From: Callorhinchus milii
Taxonomy: Eukaryota
Direction of reading: 5' to 3'
Length of the DNA stretch: 64,000 nucleotides
Assembly: GCF_018977255.1 (NCBI RefSeq)
Contig: NW_024704743.1
Span: forward strand, 83,764,001-83,828,000
A program made the translations under genes and the position numbers. This document shows positions 63,651-64,000 of the stretch, one piece after another. Within the stretch, counting starts at the first letter, position 1. The number at the start of each line of letters is the position of its first letter. The notes beneath the pieces were generated by a model. The model did no database searches, was not told the origin of the DNA, and was given only the letters and a program-made list of their open reading frames with translations.

Positions 63651-64000
63651 GGAGTTTGACGTCATAAAACATTATAAATATGGCAATCATTTCCTTATGA
63701 CAATGATCTATAAGCTGACTAATATTCAAATTCAGGCAATTCGTGACAGAGTGAGCTATTTACTGTAACAAATATTGGATTTAAACTATTTCCATTTCCT
63801 GTTATGTGTATTCAACAAGCTGCTGCTTCTGTTGTGCTAAGCATCATGCTTCTTTCCTGAGCTCTCTATGCTTGGTTATCTGATGAGTAGCAAATCATGA
63901 AACAACTAGAAGAGGTCTCAAATGCACTGACAGGATAATTTCCTGGATACTGCAAATATTGTTCCATCAATATTGACAGCATCTTGGAATAATCAGCTCA

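Noticed and set aside
63870..63920. Hammerhead ribozyme (CTGATGA...GAAAC)
   Set aside because: Stem II and stems I/III do not pair convincingly.

Overview
This is vertebrate nuclear DNA, most likely from a cartilaginous fish. That call is inferred from the repeats: abundant L2 and CR1 LINEs, SacSINE1-like Deu-SINEs and a tRNA-derived SINE with a CORE-like domain. Most of the window is intron or intergenic sequence filled with nested retroelements. Nearly all listed ORFs are LINE fragments or artefacts of a 2.4-kb (CA)-rich array. The main host-gene signal is missing from the ORF track: a 74-nt minus-strand exon (7983->7910) with canonical splice sites and a strong-Kozak ATG, encoding MGSQSGKHASHLDAAEQSAK. 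It resembles the first coding exon of Golli-myelin basic protein (mouse MGNHSGKRELSAEKASK, recalled). Two candidate non-coding first exons/promoters lie about 27 kb (donor 35062) and about 30.6 kb (donor 38587, CpG island, GATA+ETS+RUNX+CCAAT) upstream, separated by the CA/TG array. The window therefore probably holds the 5' end of the golli-mbp transcription unit plus about 25 kb of upstream DNA. Other notable items: a young L2 family with a 3' stem-loop shared with the SINEs, two hAT-type MITEs nested in SINEs, locally templated direct and inverted insertions, and an unclassified ~500-bp repeat present as two inverted copies. No database searches were run, and the boundaries of old repeats are approximate.
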